A DNA stretch of 63,788 bases, taken from the NCBI RefSeq assembly GCF_016433145.1, contig NC_058133.1, positions 275,601,643-275,665,430 on the forward strand, given 5' to 3'. Made by a program: the position numbers and the translations under genes. The DNA is from Gracilinanus agilis. Its lineage: Eukaryota. The notes under the pieces are model-generated. The model was not told where the DNA came from. It did not search any database and saw nothing but the letters and a program-made list of their open reading frames with translations. Numbering within the stretch: position 1 is the stretch's first letter; each line of letters begins with the position of its first letter. Shown here piece by piece: positions 1 through 10,990 of the stretch.

Positions 1-128
1 TCAATCTTTCTTTCTCTTTCTCTCTCAAACTCTCTCAATCTCTCTCTCCTCTCTCTTTCTCAGTCTCTCTCTCTCAATCTCTCTCTCTCAATCTTTCTCT
101 CTCTTTTTCTCTCTCTCTCCTCTCTCAG
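1..128. repeat. (TC)n-rich compound microsatellite next to an assembly gap
   Basis: Near-pure TC/TCAA/TTTC units running up to the N-run. Confidence 0.95.
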
Positions 129-301
129 NNNNNNNNNNNNNNNNNNNNNNNNNNNNNNNNNNNNNNNNNNNNNNNNNNNNNNNNNNNNNNNNNNNNNNNN
201 NNNNNNNNNNNNNNNNNNNNNNNNNNNNNNNNNNNNNNNNNNNNNNNNNNNNNNNNNNNNNNNNNNNNNNNNNNNNNNNNNNNNNNNNNNNNNNNNNNNN
301 N
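129..301. other. Assembly gap (173 N)
   Basis: Run of n characters. Confidence 1.
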
Positions 302-659
302 GGAAACACAGATGTTTCTCTCCCAAAAGGCTCTGCTACCAACTCCCCAACCAGATTTCAGAGTCGCCTCATGCTCAGCATTTTCTTTTGCCAATTTAGA
401 ATCAAACACCCCTTCTGCCTGCAAAGTCACATGCCAAAAAACCTCCGGCCTGGTTGGAAGTTGTGTTACAACCATTTACAAGTCATATGCACGTGGTAAG
501 GTAGTGTTGGGGAGTGGGGTAGTAAGAAAGACACTAACTACTCTTTAAATCAGAAGTCTTGAGTTCAAACCTCTGTTCTAACCATAATTAGTTGTGCAAG
601 GCTCTCTGTCTGTAATCTCATTTTCTCATCTGTAAAACAAGGACATGAAAGATCATGGT

Positions 660-908
660 GGGCAGTGGCCAAAGCAGGTGGCTGATGTGCCAGAACTAAT
701 GTCAGAAAGATTCATCTTCGTGAGTTCAAATCTAGCCTCAGACACTTACTAGCAGTGGGAGCCTGGTCAAGTCCCTTAACCCTGTTTGCTTCCGTTTTCT
801 CATCTGAAATGAACTGGAGAAGGAATGGCAAGTCATTCTGGTGTCTTTGCCAAGAAAACCTCAAAAGGGATCACAAAGAGTCAGATGTGACTGAAAGCAA
901 CTGAACTA
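660..908 (+). mobile_element. CORE-SINE (MIR/MAR1-like) with RTE-type tail
   Basis: B-box-like gagttcaaatc, MIR core, tail ...aagaaaacc...cacaaagagtcagatgtgactga. Confidence 0.7.
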
Positions 909-1313
909 CAAGTGGCTAAAGAGTTGGCCTCTGTGATAGAAAGACCTAGTTTCCAGCCCTGCCTCGGAGACAGATTAAATCTATGACGTTGGGCCAGTAA
1001 TTTAACCCTTTAGTTCCACTCGGGCAACACTCCAAGACTATGCAGGGATTATCGATGAAGTTATAGAACAGGTTAAAAAAAAACTGGGGTAATAATATGT
1101 ATCACTCACTTCACAAGGTTGTCAAACAAAAATATAGCTTAAATCTCCATTTAGTTGTAAATTATAATTTTTTTTAGAGCCTCGCAACAGCTTTCAGAGG
1201 TAGGCAGGGATTCTACACTGATCCAAATTTCAGTTCCTCTTGCCCCTCAAATCTGGATTAGACAAAACCCAAGTAACGTAGTAACAAACCCTGGAAACCA
1301 ATAAGGTAGAGGG

Positions 1314-2280
1314 CAATGAGGTGGCTCAGTAGATTGAGAGCCAGGCCTAGGGACAGGAGGTCCTGGGTTCAAATGGGCCCTCAGATATTTCCTAGCCCTG
1401 TGACCCTGGGCAAGTCACTTGACCCCTAGTGTGTTTTAAAAAAAAAAAAAAAAAAACATTTATTTTGTGTCAAGCACAATGTTAAATTTTGGAACTATAA
1501 ATACAAATAGAAAGATAGTCCTTGCTCTCAAGGAACTTAAAAGTGAACACAAACAATAAGGAAGCTGAAAAGGAGGGTGAGTAACAGTCCTTACCACTTA
1601 CCCCTTACCATTCCTCTGCCTTAGAACCAATACACAATATTGATTCTAAGACAGAAGGGTTTTTAAAAAACTAATAGGTGGGGGCAGCTGGATGGCTCAG
1701 TGGACTGAGAGCCAGGCCTAGAAATGGGAGGTTCAAATCTGGCTTCAGACACTCCCCAGCTATGTGACCCTGGGCAAGTCACTTAACCCCCATTGCCTAC
1801 CCTTACCACTCTAATGCCTTGGAACTAATACACAGTAAGGGTTTTTAAAAAAACTAATAAGGAAAGGAGCAGAGCCAGAAGAACATTGTACACAGAGACT
1901 GATATACTGTGGTAAAATCGAATGTAATGGACTTCTGTACCAGCAACAATGCAATGACACAAGACAGCTCTGAGGGATTTATGGTAAAGACGCTACCCAC
2001 ATTCAGAGGAAGATCTGCAGGAGAGGAAACATATAAGAAAAACAACTGCTTGAACCATGGGTTGAGGCGGACATGATTGGGGATGTGGACTCGAAACCCA
2101 CACCAATGCAACTACCAACAATGTGGAAATAAGTCTTGATCAAGGACACATGTTAAAACCAGTGGAAATGTGCGTTGGCCATGGGTGGGGGGAGAGCGCG
2201 GGGTGAAGGGGAAAGTAGGGGCATAAAGTATGTAAACAGGTTAAAAATGAATATTAATAAATGTTTAAAAAAACTAATAG
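1314..2280 (+). mobile_element. Stack of opossum-type SINE pieces, a full SINE (~1680-1850) and a marsupial L1 3' end (~1860-2270)
   Basis: SINE consensus ggggcagct..ggttcaaat..gtgaccctgggcaagtcacttaac. The L1 end resembles the copy at 7050-7645. Confidence 0.8.
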
Positions 2281-2640
2281 GGTGCCCATCTATTGGGGAA
2301 TGTCTAGACAATTTATGGCACACGAATAAGGTGAAATATTCTTGAGCATGAGAAATGATGAATGGACATTCCCTAGGGGAATGTCAAAAAATCTGTGAAC
2401 TGATGCATAGTGAAGTGAGAACTAGGAAAACAATGATAACAATGATAACAACATAATAAAGAAAAACAATTTGGAAAGATCGATACAATCCTCTGATCAA
2501 TACAATGATAATGATTCCAGAGAACAGAAAATGATGTATATTACTCATCTTCTCATGGATTCAGGATGCAGAGTTAAACTTTTTTGGGGACATAACCAGT
2601 ATGGAAATTTGTTTTGACTGTCCCACTTTATGAGCATTTC
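2281..2640 (+). mobile_element. Older L1 ORF2 C-terminal / 3' UTR relic
   Basis: tgcccatctattggggaatg...aaatgatgaa resembles the CPSIGEW..LW end of L1 ORF2. Confidence 0.55.
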
Positions 2641-3068
2641 CTTTCCTTTTTTTAATTATAGAGTTTAATTAATTACTTGAGTTTTTTAAATTATTGAGTT
2701 AATTATTGGGTTTAGTCATTGAGAATAAAATTATTGAATGTTTAATTATTGGGGGAGGAGTGTGAAGAAGAAAAAATTAATGCTTATTAATCAGAAATAA
2801 TAATAAAATTAAATTGTGTGATGTCTGTGTGGTGGTGGAGGGTGGTGGTATTTTGTAGTTTCAGTCATATCCGACTCTACATGACTCCATTTGGAGTTTT
2901 CTTGGCAAAGATCCTGGAGTGGTTTGCCATTTCTTTCTTTAGCTCATTTTGTAGGAAACTGAGGCAAACGGAGTAAAGTGACTTGCTAAGTGTCTGAGCC
3001 CAGGTTTGAACTCACTCAGGTCTTCCTAAGACCAGACACAGCATAGTATCCCCTGGGAGAAATAACTG

Positions 3069-3070
<2 letters not shown>

Positions 3071-3118
<48 letters not shown>
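3071..3118. repeat. (GT)24 microsatellite
   Basis: Perfect dinucleotide run. Confidence 0.98.
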
Positions 3119-3120
<2 letters not shown>

Positions 3121-4901
3121 CATTAAAAAAACAACCCCGAATATGGCCTGAAGCTGCCCTCTAAACATCAGAGATACAGCTTAAGTCTGTAGAGTCTCTC
3201 CAGCAGCCCCAGTAGTTTCCTGACAGCCAACCTCCTCTTCTCATTTCTCCTTCCACGCCCAGGTCCAGCCTTACAGAACCATAACTGAAAGAAGGTAGAT
3301 GCCTCCTGCTGTAGATCCCAACCATTGCCAGGATCCCTGCCCCAAATACTTTGGAGTTGGGGACCTTCTGGCAAATTCCATCTGCTCCTACTGTGCATTT
3401 CTGAGCTTGGTGAGAAGAACTTGAAGAGGATTCTCAGGAGTCCCCTTCCTCCCCGTGTCCATACTTTGGTTGGGAAGCTTCAGCTCCACTTTCCACTTGG
3501 GCCCTAGATGACCCTTGGGGGATGCCTCACAACTTTCCAGGTGGCATTCAATGAACCTCACTGTCCCCGAGCCAGGAGAAAAGTCAGGACATAGAAGAAG
3601 GAGGACTACTTGTCCTGGGTTGGTCCATTCCTTTAGAGAATCAGGTTAGATTGGGAACATATCTTTTCCACCTCACCTCACACCAGGGAGGAGATGAACT
3701 CTGGAGGAATTGCCCATAAGGCATTTTTGCAAGCCAAATCCTATTCTTCCTTACTCCTCTCCGGCCCTCCCATCTCCATCCCCAACCAAGTGTCTTACAT
3801 TCCCTCCTCAGACCAAAGCTTTACTCTGGTCCGAGGGGAACCACCCTGGTGCAACAGAATGAGTACTGGATGTCGGAGGCTGAGAGCTTAGGTTTAAGCG
3901 CCAGGTCTTTAAGTGCCCACTTTGGGAATTTGGGATTTAACTTCTCTGGCACTCAGATTGAGGGGCTGACTTAAAAATGGAACGAAAAAAGGCCAAGTAA
4001 GGTTATTAGTATTCTCAGCCATTAAAAACCCTTTGCAGCTTCTGCTCTCTGTCTCTAGGACTGGCATGGTGGGAAGCTTTGAACTGATTTAGGTGATGGG
4101 AGAAAGTCTACGGTTTACAGTCAAGTCTCCAGGGAGCCCGGAAACCAGCCCAATCTGGCTAGGGTGGGGAGTGAGACAGAGGCAAGTGTTGGGGACAGAA
4201 TGGGGAAGTCCTCACTTCGCATGTGTTCAGAACATGAGGTATCTGCCGAGTTCTGGGTGGAGGTGGCTGGGGGAATGTGGAGCTGGGTGGGAGGATGCCA
4301 TAGGACTGAAGGGAAGGGGGAAGGGTGGGAAGGAACCATCTGTTCCCCCTGGCTCCCTGCCAGGTACTGGGGCCATCAGAAAAAAAGAGAATTTAGATTT
4401 AGAGCTTCAAAGGTCATCTGGTCCAACTCCTTTATTTTATAAAGGAGGAAACTCAGATATGGAGGGACTTGTCCAAGGTCACACAGACGGCAGAACTGGG
4501 CCTGGAAGTCAGGTCCTGTGACTCCAAATTTAGCACTGTACCACACTGCCCAAAAAATGGGGAGAGTAAGGCATAATACCATCTTTCCACTTACTTCGGC
4601 TGGAGAGTCAAAGGATAGACTCACCTAGCTCAAAAACTTGTCACCAAATATTTATTAAGGGCTCACTAGGTACAAGGTATCATTATGATTTTTGACTCTG
4701 GGCAAGTTTCTTAACCTCTGTGTGGCTCAGGCAACTTCCTAGATTAGCAGTCTATAAATTAAGTCAGCAAGAGGACCCTGAGATCATTGAAATAAAAACC
4801 ACTTTTGTGACAACATTAAGAGATTTTAATGTTTAATATGATAAATACCAACAAATCTGACACAATATCTGGGGTGGGGCAGGACTCATTGATTATTATT
4901 G

Positions 4902-5340
4902 TTTTTTTTTAAATAACCCTTACTTTCCATCTTGGAGTCAATACTGGGTATCGGCTCCAGAGCAGAAGAGTGGTAAGGGTGGGCAATGGGGGTCAAGTGA
5001 CTTGCCCAGGGTCACACAGCTGGGAAGTGTCTGAGGCCAGATTTTAATCTAGGACTTCCCACCTCTAGGCCTGGATCTCCATCCATTGAGCTACCCAGCT
5101 GCTCCTCATTGATTATTTTTAAGAATGTTAAAGGAGAAGGCAGCTGGGTAGCTCAGTGGATGGAGAGCCAGGTCTAGAGACGGGAGGTCCTGGGTTCAAA
5201 TCTGGCCTCAGACACTTCCCAGCTGTGTGACCTTGAGCAAGTCACCTAACCCCCATTACCTATCTCTTAACACTCTTCTGCCTTGGAGCCCATACACAGT
5301 ATTGACTCCAAGACAGAAGGTAAGGGTTTAAAAAAAAAAA
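4902..5340. mobile_element. Two adjacent opossum-type SINEs in opposite orientation (- ~4902-5104; + ~5136-5340)
   Basis: SINE consensus with A-tails and flanking duplications ctcattgattatt and aagaatgt. Confidence 0.85.
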
Positions 5341-6559
5341 AAGAATGTAAAAGAACCTCGAGACCAAAAACTATGAGAAAGGCTGCCTGAGTTCTTACCA
5401 ACTAAGTCATTGACAGGGTTGGGAAGGTAGAGAGAGTTCCCATACCAGGAATTCCCTGTACTTCAGAAATCACAGATCCTTCAAATTAGGTCATTGCCAT
5501 AAGAAGTTTACGTCTTAACATGTGGGCACAGATTGTATGTAAGTAAATATGATATACAAAAGAGTTTGGAAAGGATGGAGTACCCCAAAGTTGCAGAAGA
5601 ATAACAGTTAATAAAAGATCAATAATAGTTCCCATTTCTATCAATTACAAAGACCTTTCCTCAAAACAACCCTGTGAGGCAAGAAGCATAAATGTGGACA
5701 TCCCTATTTTACAAATGTGGGAATCAAGGCTCAGAGATCAGTGAAGTAACCCATTTTCATGGGAAGGGTCACATAGAGTCTTTCAAATAAGTCAATAGTC
5801 TTTTAAATGTAATCATTTTTAAAAATTCCAGGTAACCTATATTTCAGTCTCATTTAGGAGAATAACCTATATTCAAAGGTAACCTCTCCATTTTATAGAG
5901 GAAGAATTGAGGCTTAGGAAGATAAATAGGCTTGTCTGTAACCTTGCAGCTAGTAGTAAATGACAGGAATGATTATCTCCTCTGAATAGGGCTATGTCTT
6001 ATTTATCTCCTACAAGTGCAAAGAATAAATGTGATGGATGAATGAATGGCATGAAATCTGAGGCCCTGACAGGTGAAGTAATCCACCCAAGGTCACAGAG
6101 CTAGTTAGTGGCAATTGAACTTGAAATGAAAAGTGATGGATTTGCAGTCAGGAGAGACTTAGGTTTGAAGCCTAGTTCTGTCACTTACTAAAGCTTTGGT
6201 AAATCACTTAAACTGTCTGAGTTTCATTTACATCCGCAAAATGGGGATAATATCCACAATATTTGAATCACAAATTTTTAAGTGTCATCTATATGCATAT
6301 GTGGTTATTATTATTTACACTAAACCAAAGAACTTTCAGATGGGGAAGACCATGACCTAGGAGAGTGTTGGGCATCTCTTTTGAACAGGATCCATCTTCT
6401 CATTTCTAGACAGTTTGGGCTGGGGGAAGTATTGGACCTGAAATCAAGTGGGTTCTGGGTTTGAATCCCACATCTAACACTTACTTGAAGTATGCAAATA
6501 ATTAACCTCTCAGAACCTTAATCTCCTTGTCCATAAACTAATTTATCTGTAGTACTTAC

Positions 6560-7030
6560 CCCATGAAGTTGTTGTGAACAATGAGTTTCCTCACCTTGCT
6601 TTCTCTGCATATCGTAACTCTTGTGACATCATTTCCCAGGCTCCTCTCCTTTAATCATAGTCTCTGATGATGAGGAGGTCCTTCTTGCCATGGCTAGCTA
6701 CTCTGCATGTCTCCTTGATCTCATTCATCCCTGTCTCCTGCAGTAGCAAGTCATCATAATAATCTCCCTAACCTTCAATTTCTCCCTATCTACTGGTTCT
6801 TTCCCTGTTGCTCACAAATATATTTGATCCTCTCCCATCCTTAAAAAAGTATGCTAAACCAAACATTCTCCTTAGATCTCATACCATATCACTCCTCCTT
6901 TCCTCAACCAAACTTCTAGAAAAAGCTATCTATACTCATTGTCTCCACTTTTCAACTCTTTACCTTCTTTTTGACTTCATTATTATGCTGAAACTGTTCT
7001 CCCCAAAGCTACAAATACCCCAACCTAACA
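6560..7030. mobile_element. L2 LINE relic (continues ~7660-7950 and ~8790-9720)
   Basis: Degenerate C/T-rich sequence typical of L2 fragments, interrupted by younger insertions. Confidence 0.5.
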
Positions 7031-7049
7031 TGTACATGTAGAGCATTAT

Positions 7050-7645
7050 TTTTTTTATTTAGAATATTTTCCCATGGTTACATGATTCATGTTCTTTCCC
7101 TCTCCCCCACACATACCCCCTCCCCGTAGCTGATGCACAGTTCCACAGGGTTTTACATGTATCATTGATCAAGACCTATTTCCATATTATTGATAGTTAC
7201 ATTAGGGTGATCATTTAGCGTCTACATCCCCAATAATATCTCCATCAACTCATGTGTTCAAGGAGTTATTTTTCTTCTGTGTTTCTACTCTCAGTTCTTC
7301 CTCTTAATGTGGATAGTTTTCTTTCTCATAAGTCCCTCAGAATTGTCCTGGATTTGCTGCTAGTAAAGTCTATTATGTTCAATTGTACCACAGTGTATCA
7401 GTCTCTGTGTACAATGTTCTCCTGGATCTGCTCCTTTCACTCTGCATCAATTCCTGGAGGTTGTTCCAGTTTACATGAAATTCCTCCAGTTTATTATTCC
7501 TTTGAGCACAATAGTATTCCATCACCAGCAGATACCACAATTTGTTCAGCCATTCCCCATTTGAAGGACATTCCCTTATTTTCCAGTTTTTTGCCACCAC
7601 AGAGTGCAGCTATAAATATTTTTGTACAAGTCTTTTCCCCTCATA
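7050..7645 (-). mobile_element. 5'-truncated marsupial L1 (ORF2 C-terminus, 3' UTR, poly-A)
   Basis: Minus ORF 7379-7600 VAKNWKIRECPSNGEWLNKLWY...MEYY matches the L1 ORF2 C-terminus. T-run at ~7050 is the poly-A tail. Confidence 0.9.
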
Positions 7646-8965
7646 TAGAGCAATATTAATAAGTTGCCAAATCTGGTGGACTTTTCTCCATTCTCACTCT
7701 CCTGACATCTGACACTGACAATCCTTGCCTCCTAGACACCTTTTCACATCTGAAATCTTGTGACTCTACTTTCTCTTGGTTCTCCCCTATCTATCCCTAG
7801 TTCCTCTGCTGGTTTATCCTATATATTCTGCCTCCTAACTCTTAGTATTGCCCAAGTCTCTGGCCTGCCCTTCTGTTTTTTCTCCACTCTCTCACTTGGT
7901 GGCTTCATCAGTTTCATAGGTTTATCTCTATGTAGATGATGCTCAGAACTCCCAGACAATTCAATAAATCAATCAATAGACATTTATTAGATATTTGCTG
8001 TGTGCTAAGTGGAGCAGCTAAATGGTGGAGTGGAAAGGGCGCTGTGCTAGGAGTCAGGAAGACTCATCTTCCCGAGTTCAAATCTGACCTCAGATACAAA
8101 TTAGCTGTGTGACCCTGGATAAGTCTCTAAACTCTGTCTCAATTTCTTCATCTGTAAAAAAGACCTGGAGAAGGAAATGGCAAATTACTCCATTATCTTT
8201 GCCAAGAAAACCCCAAATGGGGGTCATGAAGAGTTGGACTAAAAAACAAAACAAATGACCCTGTGTCAAGTACTGTCTCAAGCTCTGAGGATACAAAAAA
8301 AAAAAAAAAAAGACAAAAACACAAAAACAAGCCCTTCCCTCAAGGTGCAGACATACTAATAGGAAGGGAATAAGTATTTATTAAATACCTATCATGTGCC
8401 AGGTACTGCATTAAGTGCTTTACAAATATTATCTCATTTGATGATCCTCACAGTAACTCTGGGAGGAAGGTGCTACTATTATCTACACTTTTCAGTTGAG
8501 TAAACTGAGGCAAACAGAGATTAAGTGACTTGCCTATGTATTAAAATAGGTCAAAGGTTAAATTTGAAATCATGTTTTCTTGACTCTAGATCCAGCACTG
8601 TATCCACTTACCACCTTGTTGAGAATGGCAATAAATAAATAAATCAATAATATGGAATATGTATAGAAAAAGTGCAGAAAAAAAGGTATTCTTATGGAAA
8701 AGTCTCAAGTAACTATTGGGCCTGGGAAAGCCTTCTGCAGAAGGTAGCATCAGAGTTGAATCATACACTGCCTAGTAGATATTTTGAATTAGATGTCCCT
8801 CAAGCATGTCAAATTCAAAATGTCCAAAACAGAACTAATTATATTTTCCCCTAAACTCATTCCTCTTTATTTCTACTGAGTGCACTACCATTTCTGTGAT
8901 CACCCAGATTTGTCATTCTTAATTCTATGCTCGGTCAACCTACATATCTAATCCTTTGCCAACAA

Positions 8966-8971
<6 letters not shown>

Positions 8972-9012
<41 letters not shown>
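8972..9012. repeat. Poly-T (41 nt)
   Basis: Homopolymer run. Confidence 0.95.
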
Positions 9013-9014
<2 letters not shown>

Positions 9015-9869
9015 CTCTAACACCTCTGACATTTGTTCTTTTATTCCTACCCACTTAGCCACCATCCTCTTTAAGGTCCTCACTACATCTCACTTGGGGT
9101 ACTGCAGAACCCTCCTTATTGATCTCCATTCCTCAAATCTCACCCCAGTACAATCCAACCTTCATATATGCCAGAATGATTTTCTGAAAATACAGTTCTG
9201 ATGATGATCCTCCTTTTCAACAAACTCCAAGAACTTCTTACTACCCCTAGAATCAAATGTAAACTGTTTGGATTTTAAAGCCCTTCACAACCTGGCCCAT
9301 TTCTACCTGCCTTGTTACATATTACTGTCCTTCACACTTCCTATGGTCCAAGCAAACTGGCCTTTTTGCTGTTCCTCCTATACAGCACTCCATTTCCAAT
9401 CCACCTGCTCTCTCCCAGTGCCTAGAATGGTTTGCTTCCTCGGCTCCATCTCTTTGAACCTCAAGACTCCTTCAAGACTTGAAGTGAAACACTATATTCT
9501 ACATGATAATTGAAAACGTATTAATAATAACAATTCTCTACCTCTAAGGTTCTCTGAAGTAGAAGATAAAATCCCACCTTCCACAGCAAGCCTTTCCAAA
9601 ATCATCTCAACTCTGGCGTTTCTTTTGATTACCTAGTGCTCTGTTGATTATCTTCATATTATCTCCTATAGTTTGACCCTAGTTGTCTGAATGCCATCTC
9701 CCTAATTAGACTGTGAATTCCTTATGGGCAGGGACTGTCATTTGCCATATATTGTACTTCCAGCTCTTAGCACGTAGTAGGAGTTTGATTAATTTATTAT
9801 ATTTATTGACCTACTTATACCGGAGGTCTTAGCTATTCTCCAGCCCTTCTCAAACAATTACCTTGCATC

Positions 9870-10130
9870 TGTTTTGCATGTATCTGTCAGTAAATATATT
9901 TATATGCACACATATACGTACACACATATTTGGATACCCCCAAACAATTACTTTTCCTCTATTTTGTATCTACCCGCAGGTATGTATGTCTATATAAACG
10001 TGTCTGAAAAGCACATACGGATGTTTATGTATGTGTACATGCCTATGCATTACGCACACATATGCTTGGATATATTTACATTGCATGTACATACATACAC
10101 ATATACATGCAGACACAAGCACATATTGAG
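9870..10130. repeat. Degenerate alternating purine-pyrimidine (CATA/TATG/CA) low-complexity tract
   Basis: atatgcacacatatacgtacacacatat...; aaacaattac is duplicated at ~9852 and ~9942. Confidence 0.7.
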
Positions 10131-10379
10131 TGCCCTTCCCTAGAATGTAAGCTCCTTGAGGGCAGGAACTGAGTCACTTCAGTGTCTACATCCCCAGCAA
10201 CCTCGGGCAGTGTCTGGCACACAGAAAGTGCTCAATAAATGTCCGTTGGTTGACTTACAATGCAAATAAAATGCTTTTTAATCCTTTAAATGCCGCATAA
10301 ATTTCAGTTCTTATTACTATTCCCACCTTCTCACCCCTCACCAGGGGCCCTCTTCCTCTCCTCCCCCTCCCTCAGATCG

Positions 10380-10990
10380 CAATGATGCCATTGGTCGCCG
10401 TAGCCACCGTCTGCACTCTAATTGGCCACAGCCGGCACCGGCCCTCCCATCCCCATTCGTCAGTCGATGAACTCCCGTCGAAGGCCCATTGGCTGCTCCT
10501 CATTCGGGCGTTCATTGGTTACGGGAGCGAGCTGGAGGTAACAAGACGGGAGGTGAAGGCTGCTGAGCGAAGAAGGAGGGAAGAAAGAAGAGTGAGGGGC
10601 TCGCCGTTGCCGTGGTGACGCCCAGGCACGTGTGCAGTCCCGGAAGTGGCTCCAGGAAGCGGCCGCACGGTGGGGGGGGAGGAAGTGCCGGCCCGGCCCG
10701 GCCATGGAGCGGCCGCCGCCGCCGCTGCTGCCCGCTACCAGGTCCCGACCCCATCGTCTTCTTCTCCTCCTCCTCCTGCTGCTGCTGTTACTTTTGCTCC
10801 CGCCCTCTGAGCTGGGCGCCTCGGCTGAGGAGACCGATTGGGTCCGACTGCCCAGCAAGTGCGAGGGTGAGGGGGGTGGGGTCGGGGTGGGGGAAAGGAG
10901 TGTGAGGAGGAAGGGGCGGAGCCTGCTGTGGAGGTAGAGGCGGGACCTAAGGGGGTGGGAGGGGTCTGCCGGAAAGGGGCGGGACTTAGA
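10380..10990 (+). promoter_or_regulatory. CNPY3 CpG-island promoter with four reverse CCAAT boxes and ETS motifs
   Basis: ATTGG at 10390, 10421, 10488 and 10514; ccggaagtg at ~10640 and ggaagtg at 10681; CACGTG at ~10627; high CpG density. Confidence 0.8.
10704..10866 (+). CDS. CNPY3: CNPY3 (canopy FGF signaling regulator 3 / PRAT4A) coding exon 1: signal peptide
   Basis: gccATGg Kozak; MERPPPP..L14..AEETDWVRLPSKCE matches the CNPY3 N-terminus; donor g|gtgagg; 163 nt. Confidence 0.95.

Noticed and set aside
60-475. ORFs spanning the N-run
   Set aside because: Artefacts of translating the assembly gap and the TC microsatellite.
3400-3460. Minus-strand GLLRILFKFF as a possible PTCRA transmembrane exon
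   Set aside because: The R-K spacing is one residue short of the pre-TCR-alpha/TCR-alpha motif, the hydrophobic stretch is too short and there is no suitable acceptor.
10390-10518. ER-stress elements (ERSE / ERSE-II) among the CNPY3 CCAAT boxes
   Set aside because: None has CCACG at the required spacing, so they are treated as plain NF-Y sites.
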